64,000 nucleotides of DNA, taken from contig CATYJC010000001.1 in assembly GCA_958407555.1 (NCBI GenBank), forward strand, positions 1,188-65,187. The letters are read 5' to 3'. The stretch's first letter is position 1; every line of letters starts with the position of its first letter. This DNA comes from an uncultured Collinsella sp. GTDB taxonomy: Bacteria > Actinomycetota > Coriobacteriia > Coriobacteriales > Coriobacteriaceae. The translations under genes were made by a program, and so were the position numbers. Below the pieces are notes generated by a model. It saw only the letters and a list, made by a program, of their open reading frames with translations, made no database searches and had not been told where the DNA came from. This document shows positions 1 through 9,366 of the stretch, piece after piece.

Positions 1-323
1 TCAACGTGCTGATTTCCGGTGCTGTCGGTCTGCTGTTCATCGGCGTAGGCAACTACTTGCCGCGTGTGAAGCGGAACTATACACTCGGTATCAAGACGCC
101 CTGGGCGCTTGCCGATCCCGAGAACTGGCGCCGTACGCAGCGCTTTGGCGGTGCCTGCTTTATGGTGCTGGGTGTTGGCCTGATTGCGATGGGCGTGGCG
201 GGCAGCATGCTTTCGAGTGAAGTCGTCGCCGCGGTGATTGCGGTTCTAGCGTTTGGTTCGGTCGGAGCCGTCTACGTCTACTCGTATCTGCTGTGGCGCA
301 AATCGCAGCGAGCCGCTCGTTAA
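1..323 (+). CDS. SdpI/YfhL-family membrane (immunity-type) protein, 3' part; start lies upstream of the window
   Basis: GNYLPRVKRNYTLGIKTPWALADPENWRRTQRFGG matches the SdpI family pattern (GN.lP...N...G.RTPW.L.....W..T.R..G), flanked by TM helices. Confidence 0.8.
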   Translation, partial: NVLISGAVGLLFIGVGNYLPRVKRNYTLGIKTPWALADPENWRRTQRFGGACFMVLGVGLIAMGVAGSMLSSEVVAAVIAVLAFGSVGAVYVYSYLLWRKSQRAAR

Positions 324-386
324 GGTTGCGGAAAACTAGCGTACGCAGTTCATAGTATGTTCCGGGGGACTTTTCCCAGGTAGTAT

Positions 387-418
387 TAGGGGGTATGGGC
401 AACCATGCCCCTTTTTTC
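387..418 (+). terminator. Probable intrinsic terminator downstream of the sdpI-like gene
   Basis: GGGGTATGG-GCAA-CCATGCCCC stem-loop followed by a T run. Confidence 0.6.
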
Positions 419-508
419 GTTAAGTTTCAGAGCTGGTTTCCTCATTTCGTTTCTACTAAAGCGAATCAAGAATAGAGAAACAGCAGGTAGAAAGGATAAA
501 ACAGACAA

Positions 509-2188
509 ATGGCGGAGTTTATCTACCAGATGTATCAGGCTCGCAAGGCCCATGGCGACAAGGTAATCCTTGACGACGTGACCCTGAGCTTCTACCCCGG
601 TGCCAAGATCGGCGTCGTGGGTCCCAACGGTATGGGCAAGTCGACCCTGCTCAAGATCATGGCCGGCATCGAGGAGGTCTCCAACGGCGATGCCAGGCTC
701 ACCCCTGGCTACACCGTGGGTATCCTGCAGCAGGAGCCGCCGCTCGACGACGACAAGACCGTCATCGAGAACGTGCGCATGGCATTTGGCGACATGATTG
801 CCAAGGTCGATCGCTTCAACAAGATTGGCGAGGAGATGTGCGACCCGGATTGCGACATGGACGCCCTTATGGCCGAGATGGGAAAGCTCCAGGACGAGAT
901 TGACGCCGCCGACGGCTGGGATATCGATTCCAAGCTCGGTCAGGCCATGGACGCCCTGCAGCTGCCCGATTCCGACATGCCGGTCAACGTGCTTTCCGGC
1001 GGCGAGCGTCGTCGCGTGGCCCTGTGCAAGCTGCTGCTCGAGGCTCCCGACCTGCTGCTGCTCGACGAGCCCACGAACCACCTGGACGCCGAGTCGATCC
1101 TGTGGCTCGAGCACTTCCTGCACAACTACCAGGGCGCGGTGCTTGCCGTTACGCACGATCGCTACTTCCTGGATAACGTTGCCGAGTGGATCTGCGAGGT
1201 CGACCGTGGCCACCTTTATCCCTACAAGGGCAACTACTCAACGTATCTGGAGACCAAGGCCGCGCGTATCGAGGCTCAGGGCAACCGTGACGCCAAGCTC
1301 GCCAAGCGCATGGAGGCCGAGCTCGAGTGGGTACGCAGCTCGCCCAAGGCTCGCCAGGCAAAGAACAAGGCCCGTCTTGCTCGCTACGAGGAGATGGAGG
1401 CCGAGGCCCGCGCAAGCCAGAAGCTCGACTGGACCGACATCCGCATCCCTGTGGGCCCGCGTTTGGGCAACAAGGTGCTCGAGGCCCATCATCTGCACAA
1501 GGAGTTCGATGGCCGCGTGCTCATCGATGACCTTTCGTTCACCCTGCCGCGCAACGGCATCGTGGGCGTGATCGGTCCCAACGGCGTGGGCAAGACCACA
1601 CTGTTCAAGACGATTGTGGGTCTGGAGCCGCTGACTTCGGGCGAGCTCGAGGTGGGCGAGACCGTCAAGATCTCTTACGTCGACCAGAACCGTTCCGGCA
1701 TCGACCCCGACAAGAACCTATGGGAGGTCGTCTCGGACGGCCTGGACCACATGATGGTCGGCGAGACCGAGGTTCCGAGCCGCGCTTATGTGGCGAGCTT
1801 TGGCTTTAAGGGCCAGGACCAGCAGAAGCGCGCTGGCGTGCTCTCCGGCGGCGAGCGCAACCGTCTGAACCTGGCGCTCACGCTCAAGCAGGGCGGTAAC
1901 CTATTGCTCCTCGATGAGCCCACGAACGACCTCGACGTCGAGACGCTGTCCTCGCTCGAGGCGGCGCTGCTCGAGTTCCCGGGCTGCTCGGTGGTCATTA
2001 GCCACGACCGTATGTTCCTGGACCGCGTCGCCACGCACATTCTGGCGTGGGAGGGCACCGACGAAAATCCGGGCAACTGGTATTGGTTCGAGGGCAACTT
2101 CGAGGCCTATCAGGCCAACCGCATCGAGCGCCTGGGCGAGGACGCAGCCCAGCCGCATCGTATTCGCCGCAAGCTCACGCGCGACTAG
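509..2188 (+). CDS. ettA: Energy-dependent translational throttle protein EttA (ABC-F ATPase)
   Basis: 559 aa; two ABC domains (GPNGMGKST, LSGGERRR, GPNGVGKTT, LSGGERNR); linker ELEWVRSSPKARQAKNKARL and N-terminus MAEFIYQM typical of actinobacterial EttA. Confidence 0.95.
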   Translation: MAEFIYQMYQARKAHGDKVILDDVTLSFYPGAKIGVVGPNGMGKSTLLKIMAGIEEVSNGDARLTPGYTVGILQQEPPLDDDKTVIENVRMAFGDMIAKVDRFNKIGEEMCDPDCDMDALMAEMGKLQDEIDAADGWDIDSKLGQAMDALQLPDSDMPVNVLSGGERRRVALCKLLLEAPDLLLLDEPTNHLDAESILWLEHFLHNYQGAVLAVTHDRYFLDNVAEWICEVDRGHLYPYKGNYSTYLETKAARIEAQGNRDAKLAKRMEAELEWVRSSPKARQAKNKARLARYEEMEAEARASQKLDWTDIRIPVGPRLGNKVLEAHHLHKEFDGRVLIDDLSFTLPRNGIVGVIGPNGVGKTTLFKTIVGLEPLTSGELEVGETVKISYVDQNRSGIDPDKNLWEVVSDGLDHMMVGETEVPSRAYVASFGFKGQDQQKRAGVLSGGERNRLNLALTLKQGGNLLLLDEPTNDLDVETLSSLEAALLEFPGCSVVISHDRMFLDRVATHILAWEGTDENPGNWYWFEGNFEAYQANRIERLGEDAAQPHRIRRKLTRD

Positions 2189-2211
2189 TCGAGCTCAGGT
2201 GGCCTAACGAG

Positions 2212-2248
2212 AAAGGGACGATAACCTTGAGGGTTATCGTCCCTTTTT
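2212..2248. terminator. Bidirectional intrinsic terminator between convergent genes
   Basis: AAAGGGACGATAACC-ttgag-GGTTATCGTCCCTTT perfect stem with A/T tails. Confidence 0.85.
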
Positions 2249-2249
2249 G

Positions 2250-3551
2250 TTACTTGGTAGAAGGCTCAACTTTATCGATGGTCCAGGCGGCTCCGAGACC
2301 GCCGGTGGTGTTGCGGCGGATGCGCACGGTGACTTCGCGGCGCTCGCCGGCCTGCGTGTAACGCAGGGGGAAGCTTGCGCGGTTTCGCGCGACCTCGATG
2401 GTACCGCGCTCGCGGGCGATCCAGTAGTACTCGCCGACGATGCCGAGGGTGTCGGCGCCGTAGGGGAGATAGGTTGACAGCTGGTGCAGAAGCGGGCCGG
2501 GGCAGAAGATCTCGGTTGTGAAATCGACGGGGAAGTCCTTGGGGATGGCGGGCGCTGCAGGTGCGGGGGTTGGGGCTGCTGCGGGTGCCGAAGCCGGTGC
2601 CGGTGCGGGAATTTGGTCGCAAGCAGAGGTGAGCACGGACTCGATGACGGGTGCGGGCTCCGGCGTCGCTTCCGGCTTGATCGTGGAATCTGCGGGCTTC
2701 ACGGTGACGGGCACGTCTGCAGCTGCGGTTTCAACCTCAACCTCAACCTGCGTCGCGTTCTCGTTCTCGGCGCTCGACTTTGCCTCGATGGGCGTGGATG
2801 CCATGGTGGTGATGCCGGCGTTTGCGTTCTCGGGGTCATAGACGACCGTGAGCGAGATGGCAGGCTGCGGTGCCTCGGGCTCCGATGTCGCCTCGGTAGC
2901 GTCCTGTTCTGCGGGCTCTTCGGGCTGATCGTCCTCAGCTTCGTCGCCAAAGACATCGCTGTTTTGGAACGCAGGCGTCTCGGGTTGGTTGGCGGCTTCT
3001 TCGGTTGTCGACTTGGGAGCCTCGTTGAGCTCCGCGGTGGCTTCCTGCTCGGATATGACTTCGGGATCGGTCGTGGCAGCGATTTCGGTTTCGGCTTCCG
3101 CTGTTACCTCAATAGCGACTTCGATCTCTTTCTCGGGCTCGGGCACAGCTTCAACTACGGGTTCGGGACGCTTAACGTGCTTGGGGCGCACGGCCTTGAG
3201 GTCCTTCTCGCCGCGCTTTTTCTTTTTGTAGGACTGCTTGGCGCCCTTGGCTGTCTTGGGCTTGTCCTCGCCCTTGGCAAGGGCGGCATCCCAGGCCTCG
3301 TTGGCGATGACGGTGGCATACAGGCGGCCGCCTTTAAAGACAGTCAGCTTAATACAGTCGTCAAGCTCCTCGAGCAGCTCGCGCGTGGACTCAAAGCCCA
3401 GGTCATAAGCGGTCATGTTGCCGGCGGCGAGTGCCTCTTCGACCTGCGTCATAAACGTTTGCTTGCCGCACCCAATCGCATCGCGCAGCAGGCGATACAG
3501 ATAGATGTGGTTGCCCAACGATAGCGTGGGCGTAACTATTGTCTTGCTCAT
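2250..3551 (-). CDS. Hypothetical protein: globular N-domain (possible LOTUS/OST-HTH-like), long acidic E/P/A-rich linker, globular C-domain
   Basis: AGGAG RBS before ATG at 3551; low-complexity middle; DLGFESTRELLEELDD motif. Confidence 0.75.
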   Translation of the reverse strand: MSKTIVTPTLSLGNHIYLYRLLRDAIGCGKQTFMTQVEEALAAGNMTAYDLGFESTRELLEELDDCIKLTVFKGGRLYATVIANEAWDAALAKGEDKPKTAKGAKQSYKKKKRGEKDLKAVRPKHVKRPEPVVEAVPEPEKEIEVAIEVTAEAETEIAATTDPEVISEQEATAELNEAPKSTTEEAANQPETPAFQNSDVFGDEAEDDQPEEPAEQDATEATSEPEAPQPAISLTVVYDPENANAGITTMASTPIEAKSSAENENATQVEVEVETAAADVPVTVKPADSTIKPEATPEPAPVIESVLTSACDQIPAPAPASAPAAAPTPAPAAPAIPKDFPVDFTTEIFCPGPLLHQLSTYLPYGADTLGIVGEYYWIARERGTIEVARNRASFPLRYTQAGERREVTVRIRRNTTGGLGAAWTIDKVEPSTK

Positions 3552-3623
3552 GGCAAATCTCCTCTTTACACACCAAAGCATCTTACCATCGCACGGGGCG
3601 TGCCACCTCGGCGCCCAAGGCAA

Positions 3624-3655
3624 ACGGGCGCGACCGTTGCCGGTTCGCGCCCGTT
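3624..3655 (-). terminator. Hairpin downstream of the 3690-4634 gene, possible terminator
   Basis: AACGGGCGCGA...TCGCGCCCGTT inverted repeat. Confidence 0.5.
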
Positions 3656-3689
3656 ATACAGGTCGGTTATCTATGAGAGGCAAATGTGC

Positions 3690-4634
3690 TTAGTTGCCCG
3701 ACGTTGTGCCTTGACTTGAGCTGTCGGATGCCGTGCCGGACGCGGTTCCGCTCGAGCTGTTGGTGTTGCTGTTGTCGGTAGATCCCGTACTCGATGTATT
3801 GCCGTTCGTCTGGTCGCCCGTGCTCGGTTGAGAGCCATCAGTCGTTTGGCTTGAGTCGGTCGTGCCGGATTGCGTGCCGCTGTTGTTCGCAGAGGAATCG
3901 ACGCCCTGCGATTGATCGGGGGTGTTCGATGACGAGTCGGTGGATGCGGAGTTGCCCTGCGGGTCGTCCTGCTGGCTTTGCGATTGACCGGAGCTATCCG
4001 CGTCGTGCTCGGTCGTGTGCGACGAAAGGATTGGCTCGGGACGCTCGCCCAGGCCCTCACCGGCTGTAGTGATAAGGATAGCGCCAGCGCAGGCGATGAC
4101 CGCGACGATGGCGATGGCAATCGAGAAGACGATGACCTTCTTTTGCGTCTGGCTGCGCTCTGCCGCCGCCTTGGCGCGCAGACTGTTGGGGGCGACGCGC
4201 GCCGTGGTCGCGCGCCCCGCAACCTGGCGCATCTCCTGCGTAGTCGCGGCGCCGCCCAGGTGCTCCTCGGCATTAAGCTCAACGGGCTCATAGGCGCCGG
4301 CGGGGTAGTCGACGGCGGCGTGCGTACCTTTGAGGGCTTCGGCGCTGGCAGAGATAAAGTGGCGGTAGACCTGCGAGGACACAACGGTGATGACCGAGCT
4401 CACGGCGGCACCAATTACTGACCCAGCGATACCAATCTTGGAGGCAAGCGCGACGCTCGTGGCGGCGGCTGCGGCGCCGGCGATGATCTGGGGAATGGAA
4501 ATGTCGTCGAACAGGCCCTTTTTGGGCGCGATGGCCATGGTCTGTCCGATGGAATGGTTCTCGTGCACGCCGTTGTTGAGCGATGCCGGTGTCATGACGC
4601 GCGTACGCGGCGCGTCGGTGTACTTGGTTGTCAT
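3690..4634 (-). CDS. Hypothetical membrane protein with Ser/Thr/Asn/Gln-rich extracytoplasmic tail
   Basis: GGAGG RBS before ATG 4634; hydrophobic segments IIAGAAAAATSVALASKIGIAGSVIGAAVSSVITVV and VIVFSIAIAIVAVIACAGAILI; low-complexity C-terminus. Confidence 0.75.
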   Translation of the reverse strand: MTTKYTDAPRTRVMTPASLNNGVHENHSIGQTMAIAPKKGLFDDISIPQIIAGAAAAATSVALASKIGIAGSVIGAAVSSVITVVSSQVYRHFISASAEALKGTHAAVDYPAGAYEPVELNAEEHLGGAATTQEMRQVAGRATTARVAPNSLRAKAAAERSQTQKKVIVFSIAIAIVAVIACAGAILITTAGEGLGERPEPILSSHTTEHDADSSGQSQSQQDDPQGNSASTDSSSNTPDQSQGVDSSANNSGTQSGTTDSSQTTDGSQPSTGDQTNGNTSSTGSTDNSNTNSSSGTASGTASDSSSQGTTSGN

Positions 4635-4837
4635 ACGGGGTCCTCCCGGCGTAAATCTGCTTCGTTTCGTGTAGCCATCAGGGTACCCACCAGATGTGAA
4701 TCGTACGTGACATTTAACAGATACCATCAACTCATCAATAGCTCACCAAGTTGGTGGGATGCGGTTGGACCCGGCGGTTGAACTACAATAGGGCTTGCTA
4801 ATTGTTGTGAATGGCGTCTACGCACGGGAGCATTCTT

Positions 4838-6817
4838 ATGAATCTTCACCTTTCTCAGTCTGATGGCTTTTTGCGTGTGGCGGCGGCGTCGCCGCAGATT
4901 CGCGTGGCCGATGTCGAGGGCAATGCCGAGGTTGCGCTGGCGGCTGTTCGCGAGGCTGCCGAGCGCGGCGTTCGTGCTCTGGTTTTGCCCGAGCTTAATC
5001 TGACTGGCTATACCGCGGCCGATCTGTTCCATAACCGCACATTACTGCATGCCTGCGAGACCGCACTGGCACATATTCTCGATGAAACCCGCGAGCTGCC
5101 GATTGTCTTTACCATCGGTCTTCCCGTTGCAGTTGCCGAGAATATCTACAACTGCGCCGCCGTGTGCTGCGCTGGCGAGCTTTTGGGACTCACGGCCAAG
5201 AAGTATCTGCCCAACTATGGCGAGTTCTATGAGCGCCGTTGGTTTGCTCCGGCGCCTGCGGATCCTGTGTGGGTCGAGTTTGCCGGTCAGGGTCCGGTTC
5301 CGCTGGGTTCGGGGCTTGTCTACCGCTGCTGTGATGAGGGCGCCGAGGACCTGGTGCTGGGCGTTGAGGTCTGTGAGGACCTGTGGGTGCCGGCGCCCCC
5401 TTCGACCGAGATGGCGCTTGCCGGTGCGACGGTGATTCTCAATCCGTCGGCCTCGGATGAGATTATCGGTAAGGCAGATTACCGCCGCAGCCTCATCTCC
5501 AATCAGAGTGCGCGCCTGTACTGTGCCTATGCCTATGCAGATGCGAGCGAGGGTGAGTCTACGACCGACATGGTCTTTGCGGGTGAGAACCTCGTCTACG
5601 AAAACGGCTCGAAGCTCGCCGCGACCAAGCTGCTTACCTGCGACATGGCCGTCGCCGACGTTGACCTTGACCGCCTGGTTGCCGAGCGCCGTCGCTCGAC
5701 GACGTGGACGCGCGCGGACGATGCGCAGGAGGCCACGACCGTTGAGTTTTCGTTTGAGGGCGTGCCGGCAGATGAACCTGTCCTGCGCGATGCGCTCGAC
5801 ATCGACCGTGTCTTCCCCCGCGCGCCCTTTGTCCCGGCCGACCATGGCGACCTGGCCGAGCGCTGCGAGACCATCCTCGACCTGCAGACCGCCGGCCTCA
5901 AGACCCGCCTTGCCCATACGGGTACCAAGGCTGCAGTCATCGGTCTTTCGGGCGGCCTGGATTCTACACTCGCACTGCTCGTGACGGTTCGCGCCTTCGA
6001 TGCACTGGGACTGCCGCGCACCGGTATCACGGCCGTGTCCATGCCCGGCTTTGGCACGACGCATCGCACCAAGTCGAATGCCGAGTCGCTCGCTCGCGAC
6101 CTTGGCGTGAGCTTCCGCGAGGTTTCGATCCACTCGGCTGTGGAGCAGCACTTCAAGGACATTGAGCACGATCCGGCCGTGCAGGACGTGACCTACGAGA
6201 ACAGCCAGGCGCGCGAGCGTACGCAGATTCTGATGGATCTGGCCAACCAGGCTGGCGGTTTTGTCATCGGCACGGGCGACCTGTCGGAGCTGGCGCTCGG
6301 CTGGGCTACCTATAACGGCGACCACATGAGCATGTACGCCGTCAACGCGAGCGTGCCCAAGACGCTTGTGCGCCATCTGGTGCGTTATGCCGCCGATGTC
6401 TTTGGCGGACGCATTGCCGAGGTCCTGCTCGATATCCTCGATACGCCGGTGTCCCCCGAGCTTCTGCCGCCCACGGGCGACGGCGAGATTGCGCAGAAGA
6501 CCGAGGATTTGGTGGGCCCGTACGAGCTGCACGACTACTTCCTCTACTACCTGTTGCGTTTTGGCTTTGAGCCGGGCAAGATCTACCGCATGGCGCTTAA
6601 GAGCTTTGAGGGCGTCTACGATGCCAAGACCGTCCACACGTGGCTGCGTACGTTCTACTGTCGTTTCTTTGCCCAGCAGTTTAAGCGCAGCTGCCTGCCC
6701 GATGGTCCCAAGGTGGGCTCGGTGACGCTCAGCCCGCGCGGCGATTGGCGTATGCCGAGCGACGCTAGCTCGCATCTGTGGCTTGTACAGATCGACGCGC
6801 TCAATCCAATTGACTAA
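4838..6817 (+). CDS. nadE: Glutamine-dependent NAD(+) synthetase
   Basis: N-terminal nitrilase-type glutaminase (PEL, K..LPNYGEFYE.RWF, EVCEDLW) plus synthetase domain (GLSGGLDST, ENSQARER, GTGDLSELALGWATYNGDHMS, QQFKRSCLPDGP). Confidence 0.95.
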   Translation: MNLHLSQSDGFLRVAAASPQIRVADVEGNAEVALAAVREAAERGVRALVLPELNLTGYTAADLFHNRTLLHACETALAHILDETRELPIVFTIGLPVAVAENIYNCAAVCCAGELLGLTAKKYLPNYGEFYERRWFAPAPADPVWVEFAGQGPVPLGSGLVYRCCDEGAEDLVLGVEVCEDLWVPAPPSTEMALAGATVILNPSASDEIIGKADYRRSLISNQSARLYCAYAYADASEGESTTDMVFAGENLVYENGSKLAATKLLTCDMAVADVDLDRLVAERRRSTTWTRADDAQEATTVEFSFEGVPADEPVLRDALDIDRVFPRAPFVPADHGDLAERCETILDLQTAGLKTRLAHTGTKAAVIGLSGGLDSTLALLVTVRAFDALGLPRTGITAVSMPGFGTTHRTKSNAESLARDLGVSFREVSIHSAVEQHFKDIEHDPAVQDVTYENSQARERTQILMDLANQAGGFVIGTGDLSELALGWATYNGDHMSMYAVNASVPKTLVRHLVRYAADVFGGRIAEVLLDILDTPVSPELLPPTGDGEIAQKTEDLVGPYELHDYFLYYLLRFGFEPGKIYRMALKSFEGVYDAKTVHTWLRTFYCRFFAQQFKRSCLPDGPKVGSVTLSPRGDWRMPSDASSHLWLVQIDALNPID

Positions 6818-6935
6818 GGTTGGCTAAATTGAACCAATACGGGGTTTGCAAGCGTTACACTTTTGCAATCTGATGGCCCGTATCGCGCGGCGCTCTTGTC
6901 GGAGCGCCGCGTTTTTTATATCGAAAGGTGGCACC

Positions 6936-8099
6936 ATGCAGGCATCGCAGCGTCTCGACCGCTTTGGCGCGGAGGTCTTCGCCTCGCTCAACAACAAACT
7001 TCTCGCGCTGAAGGCTCAGGGCAAGACCATTTACAACATGAGCGTGGGCACGCCCGACTTTAAGCCGTACGGCCACGTGGTCGATGCGCTCACACAAGCC
7101 GCCCAGGATCCCGAGATGTGGAAGTACGCCCTGCGCGACCTGCCCGAACTCAAGCAGGCCGTGTGCGATTACTATGAGCGCCGCTTTGGCGTTTCGGGCA
7201 TTACGCCGTCCATGGTGCAGTCGTGCAACGGCACGCAGGAGGGCGTGGGCCATTTGGGCCTGGCCCTGCTCGATCCGGGTGACACCATCCTGGTTCCCGA
7301 TCCGTGCTACCCGGTCTTTGAGGCGGGTGCGAAGATCGCCGATGCCAAGCTTGAGTACTATCCGCTGGTTGCCGAGCATAATTACCTGCCCTATGTGGCG
7401 GGTATCGATCCCGAGGTGGCCGACCGTGCCAAGTACATGATCGTGTCACTGCCCGCCAATCCGGTGGGCTCGGTGGGCACGCCCGAGATCTACGAGGAGA
7501 TCATCGCTTTCGCCCACGAGCACGACCTGTTGATCGTCCACGATAACGCATACTCGGACATTGTGTTCGACGGCGAGCCGGGCGGCAGCTTCTTGCAGTA
7601 TCCCGGCGCGCTCGAGGTGGGCGTTGAGTTCTTCTCGCTTTCCAAGTCGTTTAACGTCACCGGTGCGCGCATCGGCTTTTTGGTCGGTCGCGAGGATGTG
7701 GTCTCGGCCTTTGCCAAGCTGCGTGGCCAGATCGACTTCGGTATGTTCTTCCCGATCCAGAAGGCTGCTATCGCTTGCCTGAACGGTCCGCGCGATGAGG
7801 TCGAGGCGCAGCGTCTGAAGTACCAGGAGCGCCGCGATGCTCTGTGCGACGGTCTTGAGGGCCTGGGCTGGGAGCGTCCCAACGCGCATGGCTCTATGTT
7901 TGTGTGGGCCAAGCTTCCTGGCGGTCGCACCGATTCCATGGCGTTTTGCGAGGAGCTCATGGAGAAGGCCGGCGTTGTGGTGACGCCGGGCGCGAGCTTT
8001 GGTCCTTCGGGCGAGGGACACGTGCGCATGGCGCTGGTCCTGCCGCCCGATCAGATCGCTTTGGCTGTCGAGGCCATTCGCGAGGCGGGCCTGTATTAG
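6936..8099 (+). CDS. PLP-dependent aminotransferase class I/II (AlaC/MtnE/LL-DAP-AT-like)
   Basis: PANPVG, HDNAY, SLSKSFNVTGARIG (PLP lysine), GEGHVRMAL; GAAAGG RBS. Confidence 0.9.
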   Translation: MQASQRLDRFGAEVFASLNNKLLALKAQGKTIYNMSVGTPDFKPYGHVVDALTQAAQDPEMWKYALRDLPELKQAVCDYYERRFGVSGITPSMVQSCNGTQEGVGHLGLALLDPGDTILVPDPCYPVFEAGAKIADAKLEYYPLVAEHNYLPYVAGIDPEVADRAKYMIVSLPANPVGSVGTPEIYEEIIAFAHEHDLLIVHDNAYSDIVFDGEPGGSFLQYPGALEVGVEFFSLSKSFNVTGARIGFLVGREDVVSAFAKLRGQIDFGMFFPIQKAAIACLNGPRDEVEAQRLKYQERRDALCDGLEGLGWERPNAHGSMFVWAKLPGGRTDSMAFCEELMEKAGVVVTPGASFGPSGEGHVRMALVLPPDQIALAVEAIREAGLY

Positions 8100-8300
8100 A
8101 AAGTTGTCTCGGCTCGTCAATAGCTCGAAACCGATTTCGTGCAGTTATTTTACGAATTCTGCAAACAATTTCGGTAAACGGTCGATTTTTGGCTGCGAAT
8201 AGGAGCATAATCAAAGTCCCGATTGGATGTATTGGGATTACGGCAAGCCGCTCGGGTCGTTCCCGGGCGGCTTGTTTGTGGAGAGAGATGGGAGTTTCTA

Positions 8301-9251
8301 ATGGTTAACGAGAAGAAGGTCGCTATTGTCGGCTGCGGTTTCGTCGGTTCGTCTTCGGCGTTCGCGCTGATGCAGAGTGGTCTGTTCTCTGAGATGGTCC
8401 TCATCGACGTGGACAAGAACCGCGCCGAGGGCGAGGCCCTGGATATCGCGCACGGCATGACGTTTGCCGAGCCGATGAAGATCTACGCCGGCGATTATTC
8501 CGATGTCGCCGACGCCGCCATGATCGTCGTCACCGCTGGCGCTGCCCAGAAGCCCGGTGAGACCCGCCTGGACCTGGTCAACAAGAACGTCAACATCTTT
8601 AAGTCCATTATCCCCGAGATTAAGAAGTCCGGCTTTGACGGCATTCTGCTCATCGTCTCCAACCCGGTCGATGTTCTGACCTATGCCGCCATCAAGATGT
8701 CCGGCCTGCCCGAGGGCCATGTCATCGGCTCCGGTACCGTGCTCGACACCGGTCGCCTGCAGCAGATGCTTGGTGCCCACGTCGAGGTTGACCCGCGCGA
8801 CGTTCAGGCCTATGTCATGGGTGAGCACGGCGACTCCGAGTTTGTCGCTTGGTCCAGCGCTCAGGTTGCCGGCGTTCCGCTGAACACCTTCTGCGAGCTT
8901 CACGGCCACCTGGAGCACGAAGCCGCCGAGAAGCGTATTGCCGAGGACGTCAAGAACTCCGCCTACACCATCATCGAGAAGAAGCACGCCACCTACTATG
9001 GCGTCGCCATGGCCGTCAAGCGTATCTGCACCGCCGTCATGCGCGATGAGCAGACCGTTCTGCCCGTCTCCTCGCTCATGGTGGGCGAGTATGGCCTGTC
9101 CGATCTTGCCATTTCTATGCCGACTGTCGTTGGCCGCGACGGCGTTGTCTGCCGCGTCCCCGTCCCGCTGGACGATGACGAGCAGCATGAGCTCACCGCC
9201 TCCGCCAAGGCCCTCAAGGACATCATCGACAGCGTCGACTTCTCCTGCTAA
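8301..9251 (+). CDS. ldh: L-lactate dehydrogenase
   Basis: IVGCGFVG, TAGAAQKPGETRLDL, VSNPVD, GSGTVLDTGR, GEHGDS, K.ATYYG motifs. Confidence 0.95.
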   Translation: MVNEKKVAIVGCGFVGSSSAFALMQSGLFSEMVLIDVDKNRAEGEALDIAHGMTFAEPMKIYAGDYSDVADAAMIVVTAGAAQKPGETRLDLVNKNVNIFKSIIPEIKKSGFDGILLIVSNPVDVLTYAAIKMSGLPEGHVIGSGTVLDTGRLQQMLGAHVEVDPRDVQAYVMGEHGDSEFVAWSSAQVAGVPLNTFCELHGHLEHEAAEKRIAEDVKNSAYTIIEKKHATYYGVAMAVKRICTAVMRDEQTVLPVSSLMVGEYGLSDLAISMPTVVGRDGVVCRVPVPLDDDEQHELTASAKALKDIIDSVDFSC

Positions 9252-9282
9252 ATCAAGCTCTTTTGGGCAACAGGCTACAATG

Positions 9283-9319
9283 AAAGGCGTCCGGGTCCAC
9301 ACGGCCCGGGCGCCTTTTT
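9283..9319 (+). terminator. ldh intrinsic terminator
   Basis: AAAGGCGTCCGGG...CCCGGGCGCCTTTTT. Confidence 0.75.
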
Positions 9320-9349
9320 GGTGCAAAGTAACCTGACCCCAATGCGCCA
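9319..9349. repeat. REP-like element (stem plus ACCTGACCCC loop), left of the DUF2974 gene
   Basis: TGGTGCA-aagtaACCTGACCCCaa-TGCGCCA; near-identical to 10530-10563. Confidence 0.6.
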
Positions 9350-9366
9350 TAGTTGATGGGAGGGCC

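Noticed and set aside
324..508. Antibiotic-responsive attenuator of an ARE ABC-F gene
   Set aside because: The protein is housekeeping EttA, no convincing leader ORF is seen, and the hairpin is adequately explained as the upstream gene's terminator
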